Shown one piece after another: positions 1 to 7,555 of a stretch of DNA of 62,900 nucleotides (positions are counted from its first letter, which is position 1; each line of letters starts with the position of its first letter). The stretch comes from a virus (lineage: Duplodnaviria; Heunggongvirae; Uroviricota; Caudoviricetes): the IMG/VR virus record IMGVR_UViG_3300001605_000009; one strand, written 5' to 3'. The position numbers and the translations under genes are program-made. Under the pieces are notes generated by a model. The model had not been told where the DNA came from. It saw nothing but the letters and a program-made list of their open reading frames with translations, and made no database searches.

Positions 1-51
1 ATGCCAGCGTCGATCAATTCTTGATCGTCAATGGATGCGATATAAGTAACC

Positions 52-318
52 CTAAAGCGCATTAAAGTCCTCCTCAAAAGATCCACCACCTGCCCGATGG
101 TTATCGTGTTCGGCTGGATCGTATTCTTCGATGCAGTAGTCTGGCCCTTCATCTTCAACACCAGTGTCATCTTCGCTTTGCTCTTGAGGCTGCCAAAGAT
201 TCCAAGCGTATTCATCTGCATCTTTATACGCTGATGCAAGATCAGGGTAAATACCTAGTGCATCGCAATAGTCAGTGCCTACGCAATCTGACCAATTGCC
301 TCTAATAATAACCTTCAT
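52..318 (-). CDS. hypothetical acidic protein
   Basis: 88-aa ORF; ATG overlaps the stop of an upstream small ORF; no recognisable motif. Confidence 0.7.
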   Translation of the reverse strand: MKVIIRGNWSDCVGTDYCDALGIYPDLASAYKDADEYAWNLWQPQEQSEDDTGVEDEGPDYCIEEYDPAEHDNHRAGGGSFEEDFNAL

Positions 319-404
319 TGTGTTAATCCTCTAATTGCAATTGTTACCATGATTGCCACAACGATCAGAAGACCGAAGATCGTGATGCCGTCCATACCTG
401 TCAT
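315..404 (-). CDS. small membrane peptide, 29 aa (not in ORF track)
   Basis: MTGMDGITIFGLLIVVAIMVTIAIRGLTQ*; one hydrophobic stretch; TGA overlaps ATG at 318; lies downstream of promoter 438-465. Confidence 0.55.
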   Translation of the reverse strand: MTGMDGITIFGLLIVVAIMVTIAIRGLTQ

Positions 405-437
405 TTGCCGTATCCCTGCCTAAGAATGTCACGCCTC

Positions 438-465
438 ACTCTAGTCCAATAATCGCGCTGGTCAA
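438..465 (-). promoter_or_regulatory. sigma70-like promoter
   Basis: minus strand AAAATAACGC-TTGACC-16 nt-TAGAGT. Confidence 0.5.
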
Positions 466-538
466 GCGTTATTTTCGGATGCGCTAGTGCAGCCGTTGCC
501 TTGCGCCATTGAATAAGAGTGTCGTCGTTCATGTGAGT

Positions 539-567
539 AAGCTAGTCCAAAATAAAATGCATGTCAA
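539..567 (-). promoter_or_regulatory. sigma70-like promoter
   Basis: minus strand TTGACA-17 nt-TAGCTT. Confidence 0.6.
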
Positions 568-580
568 CAAATCTTTTCGC

Positions 581-609
581 TTGACAGGAGGGGCCGGGTG
601 GGGTAGACT
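581..609 (+). promoter_or_regulatory. sigma70-like promoter, divergent from 539-567
   Basis: TTGACA-17 nt-TAGACT. Confidence 0.6.
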
Positions 610-735
610 ACCAGGGGGGATGTCAGACCTTGTGTTGCCCAGCTTGCTGGATCTACTACTCACGGCCTATTTTAGGAATTTTCTAACCTTTTGGGTGCCA
701 AAGGCTTATCCAAGCTTTTACCTATTTTTAAAAAA

Positions 736-972
736 TTAATTACTTTTGGGTGCGTTAGCTAAAGCAGACTTTTCGATAACCGAATTAAGCTTGTCCATAA
801 GTGTGATAGCTGCTATAAGTACGCCCCTATCTCCCCCCATCCGCTCACATGGGCGGCCCGCTGTTACTACATTATAGGCGTCCATTTGCCACTCCATAAG
901 TTCGCCTTGCAGGTCTCCCATAAATTTAGTTAGAACTTTTCCATCTACCCAAGTTACTGTGTTTTTACGCAA
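736..972 (-). CDS. hypothetical protein
   Basis: 78-aa ORF coupled to the upstream gene in a compact leftward operon. Confidence 0.65.
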   Translation of the reverse strand: MRKNTVTWVDGKVLTKFMGDLQGELMEWQMDAYNVVTAGRPCERMGGDRGVLIAAITLMDKLNSVIEKSALANAPKSN

Positions 973-1321
973 CTCTCAGTCCCTCCCCACCCCAAACCTC
1001 ATAAGGCTTACAAGTCCGACGTAACTTGTCAATCATATCGACCGTCCCAGAGCTCTCCCGATCCCAGAGAATCATCCCACGATCACAATATGCTGCCATT
1101 TCCGCATTTCGATAAACCCCCGCAGCTTTCCCAAAGCGGTCCCAATTCGCAGGAAACCGCACAACCGGAATCCCATTTCTAGCCGCCCAAGTTTCTCCAA
1201 GCTGGTCCGCTCCCCGAGCACAACCTGAGACAATTTCTGTAATTCCCGAAACGTCCCATAGTAGAGCATCAATCAACCCATAGTCCACAATCGAGCGGCT
1301 TCCTGCGATTAACAACTTCAT
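965..1321 (-). CDS. YspA/SLOG-family (DUF2493-like) nucleotide-binding protein
   Basis: IAGSR, IVSGCARGAD, PANW..GKAAG.YRN motifs typical of SLOG/YspA. Confidence 0.8.
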   Translation of the reverse strand: MKLLIAGSRSIVDYGLIDALLWDVSGITEIVSGCARGADQLGETWAARNGIPVVRFPANWDRFGKAAGVYRNAEMAAYCDRGMILWDRESSGTVDMIDKLRRTCKPYEVWGGEGLRVA

Positions 1322-1500
1322 AAATCTTTAGCCTCTTCATAACCTGCGTAGCTACCAACTCCGTAGCTACATACTAGAAACCACCACGACCAGCTACCCT
1401 CTATCAGATGTGCAATATAGAAGAGCAGACTAAATGAGCTTCCCACTAGTAGAGTTACCATTAGAAAGAGAATCCATCGTGCTAGTGTTTTTTCTCTCAC
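1318..1500 (-). CDS. small membrane protein
   Basis: 60 aa with two hydrophobic segments; overlapping start/stop with neighbours. Confidence 0.65.
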   Translation of the reverse strand: MREKTLARWILFLMVTLLVGSSFSLLFYIAHLIEGSWSWWFLVCSYGVGSYAGYEEAKDL

Positions 1501-1724
1501 AATGAAAGACTAACCTTAAAAACTGGCTTTAGCTCCTCAGCTTTGAGCACCCGCTTCACTACGTCCGCACCATAACGCTTCTCATTATTTTCTAGTAGAT
1601 AACGTTCTAGAGCCACAATGTCGTCAAAGTACTTGGTGGTTTCGTACTTCACTGTACTACTAGGATCTTTCTCGTAGTAACCCGCCACTTCATAGGTTTG
1701 CTCAATAACAACCACATAGATCAT
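1497..1724 (-). CDS. hypothetical protein
   Basis: 75 aa, 4-nt start/stop overlaps with neighbours. Confidence 0.7.
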   Translation of the reverse strand: MIYVVVIEQTYEVAGYYEKDPSSTVKYETTKYFDDIVALERYLLENNEKRYGADVVKRVLKAEELKPVFKVSLSL

Positions 1725-1942
1725 GATAGTAGATCCCTTAGTCCACGAAACTGATCCTTCAGTTGCCGCATACCTTTCTTAGCTCCTACGTCCTCTACGC
1801 TTCGTAGAAACTTCTGAAACTGTGCATGTACGTCCGGCTTCTCAAAGTCAACTACATAATGATAGTCTAGATCGTTGTGGTAGGCTTTAGTTGTGTAGTA
1901 GATACCTTTGTTTGGATTGATACTGTATTCCCAACTATCCAT
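1721..1942 (-). CDS. hypothetical protein
   Basis: 73 aa, coupled ORF. Confidence 0.7.
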   Translation of the reverse strand: MDSWEYSINPNKGIYYTTKAYHNDLDYHYVVDFEKPDVHAQFQKFLRSVEDVGAKKGMRQLKDQFRGLRDLLS

Positions 1943-2144
1943 TTACATAACCTTTCATTAGTGTCAGAAGCTCACGACGATGCCTAAACATGAGGTCTTC
2001 GACCCCGCGTACCTGCTCTTTCGTAAGTATCTGTTCTACTTCAGTTTCTCCGGTCATATCCTCATATTGCTTTTTAGCAACTATCTGTCCATGCATGATA
2101 ACCTTATCGTTGATATACGATAGGTCAAGCCATTCATTATCCAT
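1935..2144 (-). CDS. hypothetical protein
   Basis: 69 aa, coupled ORF. Confidence 0.7.
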   Translation of the reverse strand: MDNEWLDLSYINDKVIMHGQIVAKKQYEDMTGETEVEQILTKEQVRGVEDLMFRHRRELLTLMKGYVNG

Positions 2145-2334
2145 GAATAAGCTCCCAAGAAGTTTTAGCCCACTTGATAATGTTTTCTGACTCCCAGTGA
2201 GAGTGCTGACCAGTAGAAAGTACTGTTAGAAGGTATTGCTGGATAAAGTCAGTTTTAGCTGAGGTCCTGGCGGATGACGTGAGGGGTGGTTGTGGCACCG
2301 CACTAGTTGGTTTGGGTTGCCATCCTACGCTCAT
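2137..2334 (-). CDS. hypothetical protein
   Basis: 65 aa, coupled ORF. Confidence 0.7.
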   Translation of the reverse strand: MSVGWQPKPTSAVPQPPLTSSARTSAKTDFIQQYLLTVLSTGQHSHWESENIIKWAKTSWELIHG

Positions 2335-2510
2335 AGTGGGAGCTCCTTAATTGAGACAATCTCTAGGCCATCATGGATGTAGAAAATGCTCTTAGTATTG
2401 GGCTGTACGATCTCGGTGTTAATTGTACCATCCGAAGATGGTACAATATTACGAGTCTGAACTTCTACTGGCCAGCCAGCGTGCGCGTCAACGGTTACTG
2501 CAGTGGTCAT
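2331..2510 (-). CDS. hypothetical protein, 59 aa (not in ORF track)
   Basis: MTTAVTVDAHAGWPVEVQTRN...SIKELPL*; fills the gap exactly, with 4-nt overlaps to the vWA stop and the 2334 start. Confidence 0.7.
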   Translation of the reverse strand: MTTAVTVDAHAGWPVEVQTRNIVPSSDGTINTEIVQPNTKSIFYIHDGLEIVSIKELPL

Positions 2511-3085
2511 AGTTCGATTCCCTTTCCTGTAGTGGCGTACGCAACAGTTTGGTTCATGAGAGTGCCCATAGTTGCTGTTCGCGCACTTAAGTCAGACATA
2601 TCAAAGCTGCGCATTTTGCCTGAGCTGAGTCCAGCGTCGCTAGCGTACTGAGTAACGTCAAAGTTGGCACCAAGGAAGATAACTTCATAGCCCTTTGATT
2701 GCATAAGCTCGGTCTTAGCCTTAATAGAGCTCTGTGTATGCTCTTTTGAGGTATTTTCCATTCCATCGGTAAGAATAACGACGACGTTACGATCAGCGTC
2801 TGAGGCTAGCGCTAGATCCATAACGTGTGCTGCAGCGTCATAGAGTGGAGTCATTCCAGCTGGGTAAACCCAGTCTTCTGAGACTCCCTCAAAATATGGA
2901 ATAGATAGTTCTAGCTTCTCTAATCGTGTCTTACCATCTATGGAGTCGAAAGCTACAATAGTAGCTGCACCCTCAATCTTAGCCGACTTAAGACCGTTGA
3001 TGTATTCATTAAGTGAGCTGATAGAGTCAGCCCAGCGCTGTCCTCCCATGGAACCAGAGCGATCAAGTGCAATAAAAATGTTCAA
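2507..3085 (-). CDS. von Willebrand factor A (vWA) domain protein
   Basis: MIDAS motif DRSGS, GMTPLYDA, VILTDG; TTG start with GGGAG RBS. Confidence 0.85.
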   Translation of the reverse strand: MNIFIALDRSGSMGGQRWADSISSLNEYINGLKSAKIEGAATIVAFDSIDGKTRLEKLELSIPYFEGVSEDWVYPAGMTPLYDAAAHVMDLALASDADRNVVVILTDGMENTSKEHTQSSIKAKTELMQSKGYEVIFLGANFDVTQYASDAGLSSGKMRSFDMSDLSARTATMGTLMNQTVAYATTGKGIEL

Positions 3086-3110
3086 TATATTTCTCCCTTT
3101 CTAGAGTACT

Positions 3111-3139
3111 TTTATAACATGAATGGGGATATGAGTCAA
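3111..3139 (-). promoter_or_regulatory. sigma70-like promoter of the leftward operon
   Basis: TTTTTC-TTGACT-17 nt-TATAAA. Confidence 0.75.
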
Positions 3140-3187
3140 GAAAAACTTTCTCAATCCTCCCAAACCATGCCCTAGCCCAAAAAAGGC

Positions 3188-3216
3188 TTGACCTAAAATC
3201 CCCTTACTGATATAAT
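3188..3216 (+). promoter_or_regulatory. sigma70-like promoter of the late/packaging operon
   Basis: TTGACC-17 nt-TATAAT. Confidence 0.8.
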
Positions 3217-3222
3217 ATCAAC

Positions 3223-3654
3223 ATGACACAACAACACATCGCCCTACAACCCGAAGAAATAGATATTGCCAACGCATATCTAGTCTACGGCTCAGCGAAA
3301 GAGACGGCTGAGCAACTTCAAATCCCTGAATATCAGATCGTTAAAATTCTAGAACGATCTGATGTAAAGAGTTATATCAACGGAGTGTACCTAGACCGAG
3401 GATATAGAAATAAAAATAAACTAGGGCAGGTACTAGATCAGATGATTGACTCTAAGCTTGAAGAAGCACTAGAGTCAGGAATCTATACCTCAAAAGACCT
3501 ACTAGAGCTGTTACAGTTTGCCCATAAGATTCGTATGGACGAACTGAAGCAAGAAGCAGGCAACCCAGCACCAACTGTTAACATAGCAAACTTCGGAGGA
3601 GGAAACTATGGACAGTTGATGGAGAAACTTTTAGGTGATAAAGGAGTTAAATGA
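3223..3654 (+). CDS. terS: terminase small subunit (T5-like)
   Basis: N-terminal HTH (AYLVYGSAKETAEQLQI), YLDRGYRN..L..LD.MIDSKLEE pattern as recalled for T5-type TerS; upstream of TerL. Confidence 0.7.
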   Translation: MTQQHIALQPEEIDIANAYLVYGSAKETAEQLQIPEYQIVKILERSDVKSYINGVYLDRGYRNKNKLGQVLDQMIDSKLEEALESGIYTSKDLLELLQFAHKIRMDELKQEAGNPAPTVNIANFGGGNYGQLMEKLLGDKGVK

Positions 3655-4270
3655 TTTAGCTAGTTGGCTAGTTCAGTCTCTATCTACCAAGCCCCTGGCC
3701 ACCTTCGTGGCAATCTTTCTAGTATTCTCAGGTTACATGGTCTACAAGGGCTATGACTCGATAATAATTAGTCCAGACGAAGAAGCAGTTCGATTTGAGA
3801 AACAGATAAAATCCGCTAACATAATTGACGACGCACTAGAGAATCTTAGGTCTGAGTTAAAAGCAGATAATGTTCTCATACGACAGTTTCATAATGGAAG
3901 ACACGATCTTACGGGGATTCCATTTACTGAAGCTTCTACTACTTACTTTGTAGACCCCGCTGATGGACACGATCCAGTCAGAGAGGAACCAATTGGATCA
4001 ATGCATAAAAGCATTGGAAAGATGTGGGCTAGAATTGACAAACCTAGCTGCGTAATGTTGTATAACCCAGTAGATATTTCTACTAGACGATATTTCAAGG
4101 CGCATAACTTAAAGAGTGCAGCTTTTTGCCCTCTTACTAATTTACTGAACTATCCAATTGGCGTCGTAGTCGTTGGATTCTCAGAAGGCGACACGGAAGA
4201 GGAAGTAGTCATAGCGAAGACTTCTGCTCTAGCAAAACGTGTTACAGGATACTTACAGGATGCCGGTTGA
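3635..4270 (+). CDS. putative holin, T4 T / T5-type (one N-terminal TMD plus large soluble domain)
   Basis: single TMD near residues 20-37, then QFHNG-containing GAF-like domain; next to the endolysin. Confidence 0.55.
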   Translation: MIKELNDLASWLVQSLSTKPLATFVAIFLVFSGYMVYKGYDSIIISPDEEAVRFEKQIKSANIIDDALENLRSELKADNVLIRQFHNGRHDLTGIPFTEASTTYFVDPADGHDPVREEPIGSMHKSIGKMWARIDKPSCVMLYNPVDISTRRYFKAHNLKSAAFCPLTNLLNYPIGVVVVGFSEGDTEEEVVIAKTSALAKRVTGYLQDAG

Positions 4271-4391
4271 ATATATTAAACGTAACCAGAGATTTGGCTA
4301 TGAGAATGGCGAGCTTGTTTATAAACTACCGGTCGAGTTACCTGTAGTAGAGGAGGAGCCCATTGAACTGGTTGAAACTGGAGACGAATGA
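4260..4391 (+). CDS. small acidic protein, 43 aa (not in ORF track)
   Basis: MPVEYIKRNQRFGYENGELVYKLPVELPVVEEEPIELVETGDE*; AGGA about 10 nt upstream; fills otherwise empty 4271-4362. Confidence 0.45.
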   Translation: MPVEYIKRNQRFGYENGELVYKLPVELPVVEEEPIELVETGDE

Positions 4392-4623
4392 GCGAAAGAA
4401 CATCTCTCTATGGATGATGTTTGGTGGAGCCGTAGTATTTACGATCTTCGCAGCAGTGGGACTCTGGTTAGTATCAGCTAACGCACAGTTTGTATTTTGG
4501 CTTGCTTTAGCAGCCCACGTGCAACTTATAACAATTATGACAGGATTTATAGCCCAACTTGTGAAACGTAGAATCTCAGCGGGCAAAGAAGGTATAACTA
4601 TCTCGGACGACCCAAATGTTTAA
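4363..4623 (+). CDS. two-TMD membrane protein (holin/antiholin candidate)
   Basis: two hydrophobic helices, charged C-terminus, GAGGAG RBS before TTG start, directly upstream of endolysin. Confidence 0.6.
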   Translation: MNWLKLETNERKNISLWMMFGGAVVFTIFAAVGLWLVSANAQFVFWLALAAHVQLITIMTGFIAQLVKRRISAGKEGITISDDPNV

Positions 4624-5065
4624 ACTAAGTCAGAAGTCACTAGACGAACTAAAGGGTGTAGATCCTCGTCTAATAGCCGTAGTAAAGAGAGCTATTGAGA
4701 TCTCTAAAGTTGATTTTGGCGTTACCGAGGGACTACGATCAGTAGATACCCAAAAGAAATATGTTGCCGCTGGAAAGTCCCAGACAATGAAAAGCAAGCA
4801 TATAGATGGTAAAGCCGTAGATCTCGTAGCTTACGTAGACGGAAAAGTTTCTTGGGAGCTAAACTTATACGATAATATTGCAGATGCAATGAAGCAGGCA
4901 GCTACAGAGTTAAAACTTCCACTAAAGTGGGGAGCAGCCTGGAATGTTCTTGATATTAGAGAATGGAAGGGCACCATGGAAGCAGCCATGAACCACTATG
5001 TGGATACCAGAAGAAAAGAGGGGAAGAGGCCATTTATTGATGGACCTCATTTTGAAATAGCATGA
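4616..5065 (+). CDS. endolysin, peptidase M15 (L-Ala-D-Glu peptidase, T5 Lys-like)
   Basis: VTEGLRS..TQ, SKH..G.AVD, DGPHFE zinc-peptidase motifs. Confidence 0.9.
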   Translation: MFKLSQKSLDELKGVDPRLIAVVKRAIEISKVDFGVTEGLRSVDTQKKYVAAGKSQTMKSKHIDGKAVDLVAYVDGKVSWELNLYDNIADAMKQAATELKLPLKWGAAWNVLDIREWKGTMEAAMNHYVDTRRKEGKRPFIDGPHFEIA

Positions 5066-6351
5066 TAATTAGCAGAGCAGACATTCCAACCGATACCATC
5101 GTACAGTATCCTAACGCATTCATGAAGGTTCCAATCGCGAACTATCTAGACGAGCTAGGTATTGAACCGCTACCGTCCCAGATTGGACTTATAAACGGAA
5201 TTAACAATCCAAAGTACAGGTTTGGGTGTGCTGCTCTGTCTAGACGTCAGGGAAAGACGTTTATTGCAAATGTGATTGCTCAGGTGGTCACACTAGTACC
5301 TGGAAGCAATATCCTAGTGATGGCTCCAAACTACAATCTTTCTCAGATCTCTTTCGATCTTCAACGGGGTCTAATCAAGAAGTTTGGAATTGAAGTAGTA
5401 AAGGATAACGCAAAGGACAAGACTATTGAACTATGTAACGGATCTACGATCCGAATTGGTTCCGTTAATCAGGTAGATAGCTGCGTTGGTCGTAGCTACG
5501 ATCTTATCGTATTCGACGAAAGCGCTCTTACTGACGGTATGGATGCGTTCAACGTCGCACTAAGACCTACACTAGATAAACCGAACTCAAAGGCAATCTT
5601 CATTTCAACGCCTCGTGGTAAAAATAATTGGTTCTCAACTCTATTTAACAGAGGATTCGATCCTAGCTTCCCTCAGTGGTTCAGCATTCAAGCGACTTAT
5701 AAAGATAATCCTAGAATGTCTGAAGACGACGTGGCGGAAGCCCGTCGATCTATGTCGAAAGCCGAATTCGAACAGGAATACGAAGCCTCATTCAACTCAT
5801 ACGTTGGTAAAATCTGGGATCTCAAAGAAGAGTGCATTCAGGATCTATCAGATATTGATATTAGAAAGATGGACATTGTTGCCGGACTAGACGTCGGGTT
5901 CAAGGATCCAACAGCTATGTGCGTTGTAGCCTATGACCACCATGAAGACCGCTTCCTTGTTCTAGAAGACTACCTAGACAACGAGCGGACCACTTCGGGT
6001 CACGCCGCAGAAATTCAGAAGCTTGTAGACAAGTGGAACATAGACTTTATCTACATTGACTCTGCTAACCAGCAGATGCGATTTGACTTCGCGCAAGAAT
6101 ACGGAATAAGCATGAATAATGCGAAGAAAGATGTTCTAGCTGGCATCGGATACATCGCATCTCTTTGTGATAATGATAGAATCATAGTCTCGAAAGATTG
6201 CGAGCATGTTCTATACGCACTAGATCAGTATCAGTGGGATCCACGAGAGAACATGATGAAAGAAAAGCCTATCCATAATGACGCAAGCCACATGGCTGAT
6301 GCGCTTAGATATGCATTATACAGCTACAAGACCGTCACAGGAGGTTTCTAA
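5062..6351 (+). CDS. terL: terminase large subunit
   Basis: Walker A SRRQGKT, Walker B LIVFDE, STPRG, nuclease GLDVG and H.ADALRY. Confidence 0.95.
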   Translation: MIISRADIPTDTIVQYPNAFMKVPIANYLDELGIEPLPSQIGLINGINNPKYRFGCAALSRRQGKTFIANVIAQVVTLVPGSNILVMAPNYNLSQISFDLQRGLIKKFGIEVVKDNAKDKTIELCNGSTIRIGSVNQVDSCVGRSYDLIVFDESALTDGMDAFNVALRPTLDKPNSKAIFISTPRGKNNWFSTLFNRGFDPSFPQWFSIQATYKDNPRMSEDDVAEARRSMSKAEFEQEYEASFNSYVGKIWDLKEECIQDLSDIDIRKMDIVAGLDVGFKDPTAMCVVAYDHHEDRFLVLEDYLDNERTTSGHAAEIQKLVDKWNIDFIYIDSANQQMRFDFAQEYGISMNNAKKDVLAGIGYIASLCDNDRIIVSKDCEHVLYALDQYQWDPRENMMKEKPIHNDASHMADALRYALYSYKTVTGGF

Positions 6352-6668
6352 TGTACGTTATTTTTCAGGGCGAAAGCCTACTTATACCAGCTACAGTGAC
6401 TGGAACCAAATCATTGATTGAAAACTTAACCTGTCAGATTAAGAAGTCTGCCAGAGGAGAAGTACCTACAGAATCCGATCCAGTAATTGCTACGCTAACT
6501 GTAGAAGACTACAATAGCTCTGAGGTTACTGATGGATACCTATTTAAGCTAACAAACAGCAGTGCTCTAGTGCCTAGTATCTACTTTGTTAACTACGAGT
6601 ACACTATCGGAGGAATGACCTTTAAGGGCGTTCCAAAAAGAGTTACTGTTAAGGAAAGCGTAATATGA
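6351..6668 (+). CDS. putative virion protein, beta-rich (BppU N-terminal/Ig-like)
   Basis: 105 aa, alternating beta-strand pattern; between TerL and portal. Confidence 0.5.
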   Translation: MYVIFQGESLLIPATVTGTKSLIENLTCQIKKSARGEVPTESDPVIATLTVEDYNSSEVTDGYLFKLTNSSALVPSIYFVNYEYTIGGMTFKGVPKRVTVKESVI

Positions 6669-6871
6669 TCGAAATGCAGGAGCAACTAGAACCAAGCACT
6701 ACTTTGTCGTGGAAGTTTTTTACTCCTGCAGCAGAAGTTGGTTGGTTACATACTGAACGTAGAGAGCTAGAGTCGGAAGATCAACTCGCACCCTCTAAGG
6801 GACCAAGAACGGTAATACCGAGCGCCATATTCTCCATCGAGGTTTATGACTGGACACTAGTAGAATGGTAA
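6665..6871 (+). CDS. hypothetical protein
   Basis: 68 aa, coupled ORF. Confidence 0.55.
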   Translation: MIEMQEQLEPSTTLSWKFFTPAAEVGWLHTERRELESEDQLAPSKGPRTVIPSAIFSIEVYDWTLVEW

Positions 6872-7056
6872 CCATTAAATTTTATAAGGTACTAAGTTTA
6901 CCTAATGTACCTGAGCCAGATAGTTTTTACTATGTAGAGAATGGTGAGTACGCAGAAGCCTACCTCACTGATTCTGGTGGCAACCTTAAAAAAGTAGGAA
7001 ATAGCCAGATGATTGAGGCTCTCACGAAAGACATAAATGCGGGATTCTTTGCTTAA
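6865..7056 (+). CDS. hypothetical protein ending in INAGFFA
   Basis: 63 aa, coupled ORF. Confidence 0.6.
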   Translation: MVTIKFYKVLSLPNVPEPDSFYYVENGEYAEAYLTDSGGNLKKVGNSQMIEALTKDINAGFFA

Positions 7057-7089
7057 CAAGAATTTTCCGTACCCCCTAATTTTTAGTGC

Positions 7090-7118
7090 TAGACATTTCA
7101 AGTCATATGTACTATAAT
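7090..7118 (+). promoter_or_regulatory. sigma70-like promoter
   Basis: TAGACA-17 nt-TATAAT, then AGAGGAG RBS before 7145. Confidence 0.7.
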
Positions 7119-7144
7119 ACTTTTAATTAAAGAGGAGAGTTTTT

Positions 7145-7555
7145 ATGGCAAAACACTCTAGTCAGTTATCCCGGATTCCAGTTAAATGGATACGTGATTA
7201 TGCTAAGGCAGCCTATCAAAAAGGCTCAAACTGTGAAATTTGCGAAACTACAGAAAATCTGGAGTTTCATCACTACTATAGCATTACTCAGCTATTTGAT
7301 AAATGGTGTAGAAAAAATAAGATAACCATAACAACCGACGAAGATGTGCTAGCTATACGAGCGCAGTTTGTAGAGGAACACTACGAAGAAGTGTATACCC
7401 ATACTACTACGCTATGTAAGGCGCATCACACAGACGGTTTGCACAAAGTATATGGAAAGAGTCCTCCACTCGCCACTGCTAAGAAGCAGATGAACTGGGT
7501 GACCATTCAGAGGGAAAAACATGAAGCTAAGAAGTTGGCTAGTAGAGAAACTTAA
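7145..7555 (+). CDS. HNH endonuclease, T5-type nicking/packaging-associated
   Basis: CxxC (CEIC), LEFHH, TLCKAHH; immediately upstream of portal as in T5. Confidence 0.8.
   Translation: MAKHSSQLSRIPVKWIRDYAKAAYQKGSNCEICETTENLEFHHYYSITQLFDKWCRKNKITITTDEDVLAIRAQFVEEHYEEVYTHTTTLCKAHHTDGLHKVYGKSPPLATAKKQMNWVTIQREKHEAKKLASRET

Noticed and set aside
509-739. 76-aa plus-strand ORF
   Set aside because: GTG start without RBS, runs through two promoter motifs, no protein-like pattern
3635-5065. Spanin genes
   Set aside because: No lipobox-bearing or nested Rz/Rz1-like ORF recognised near the lysis genes
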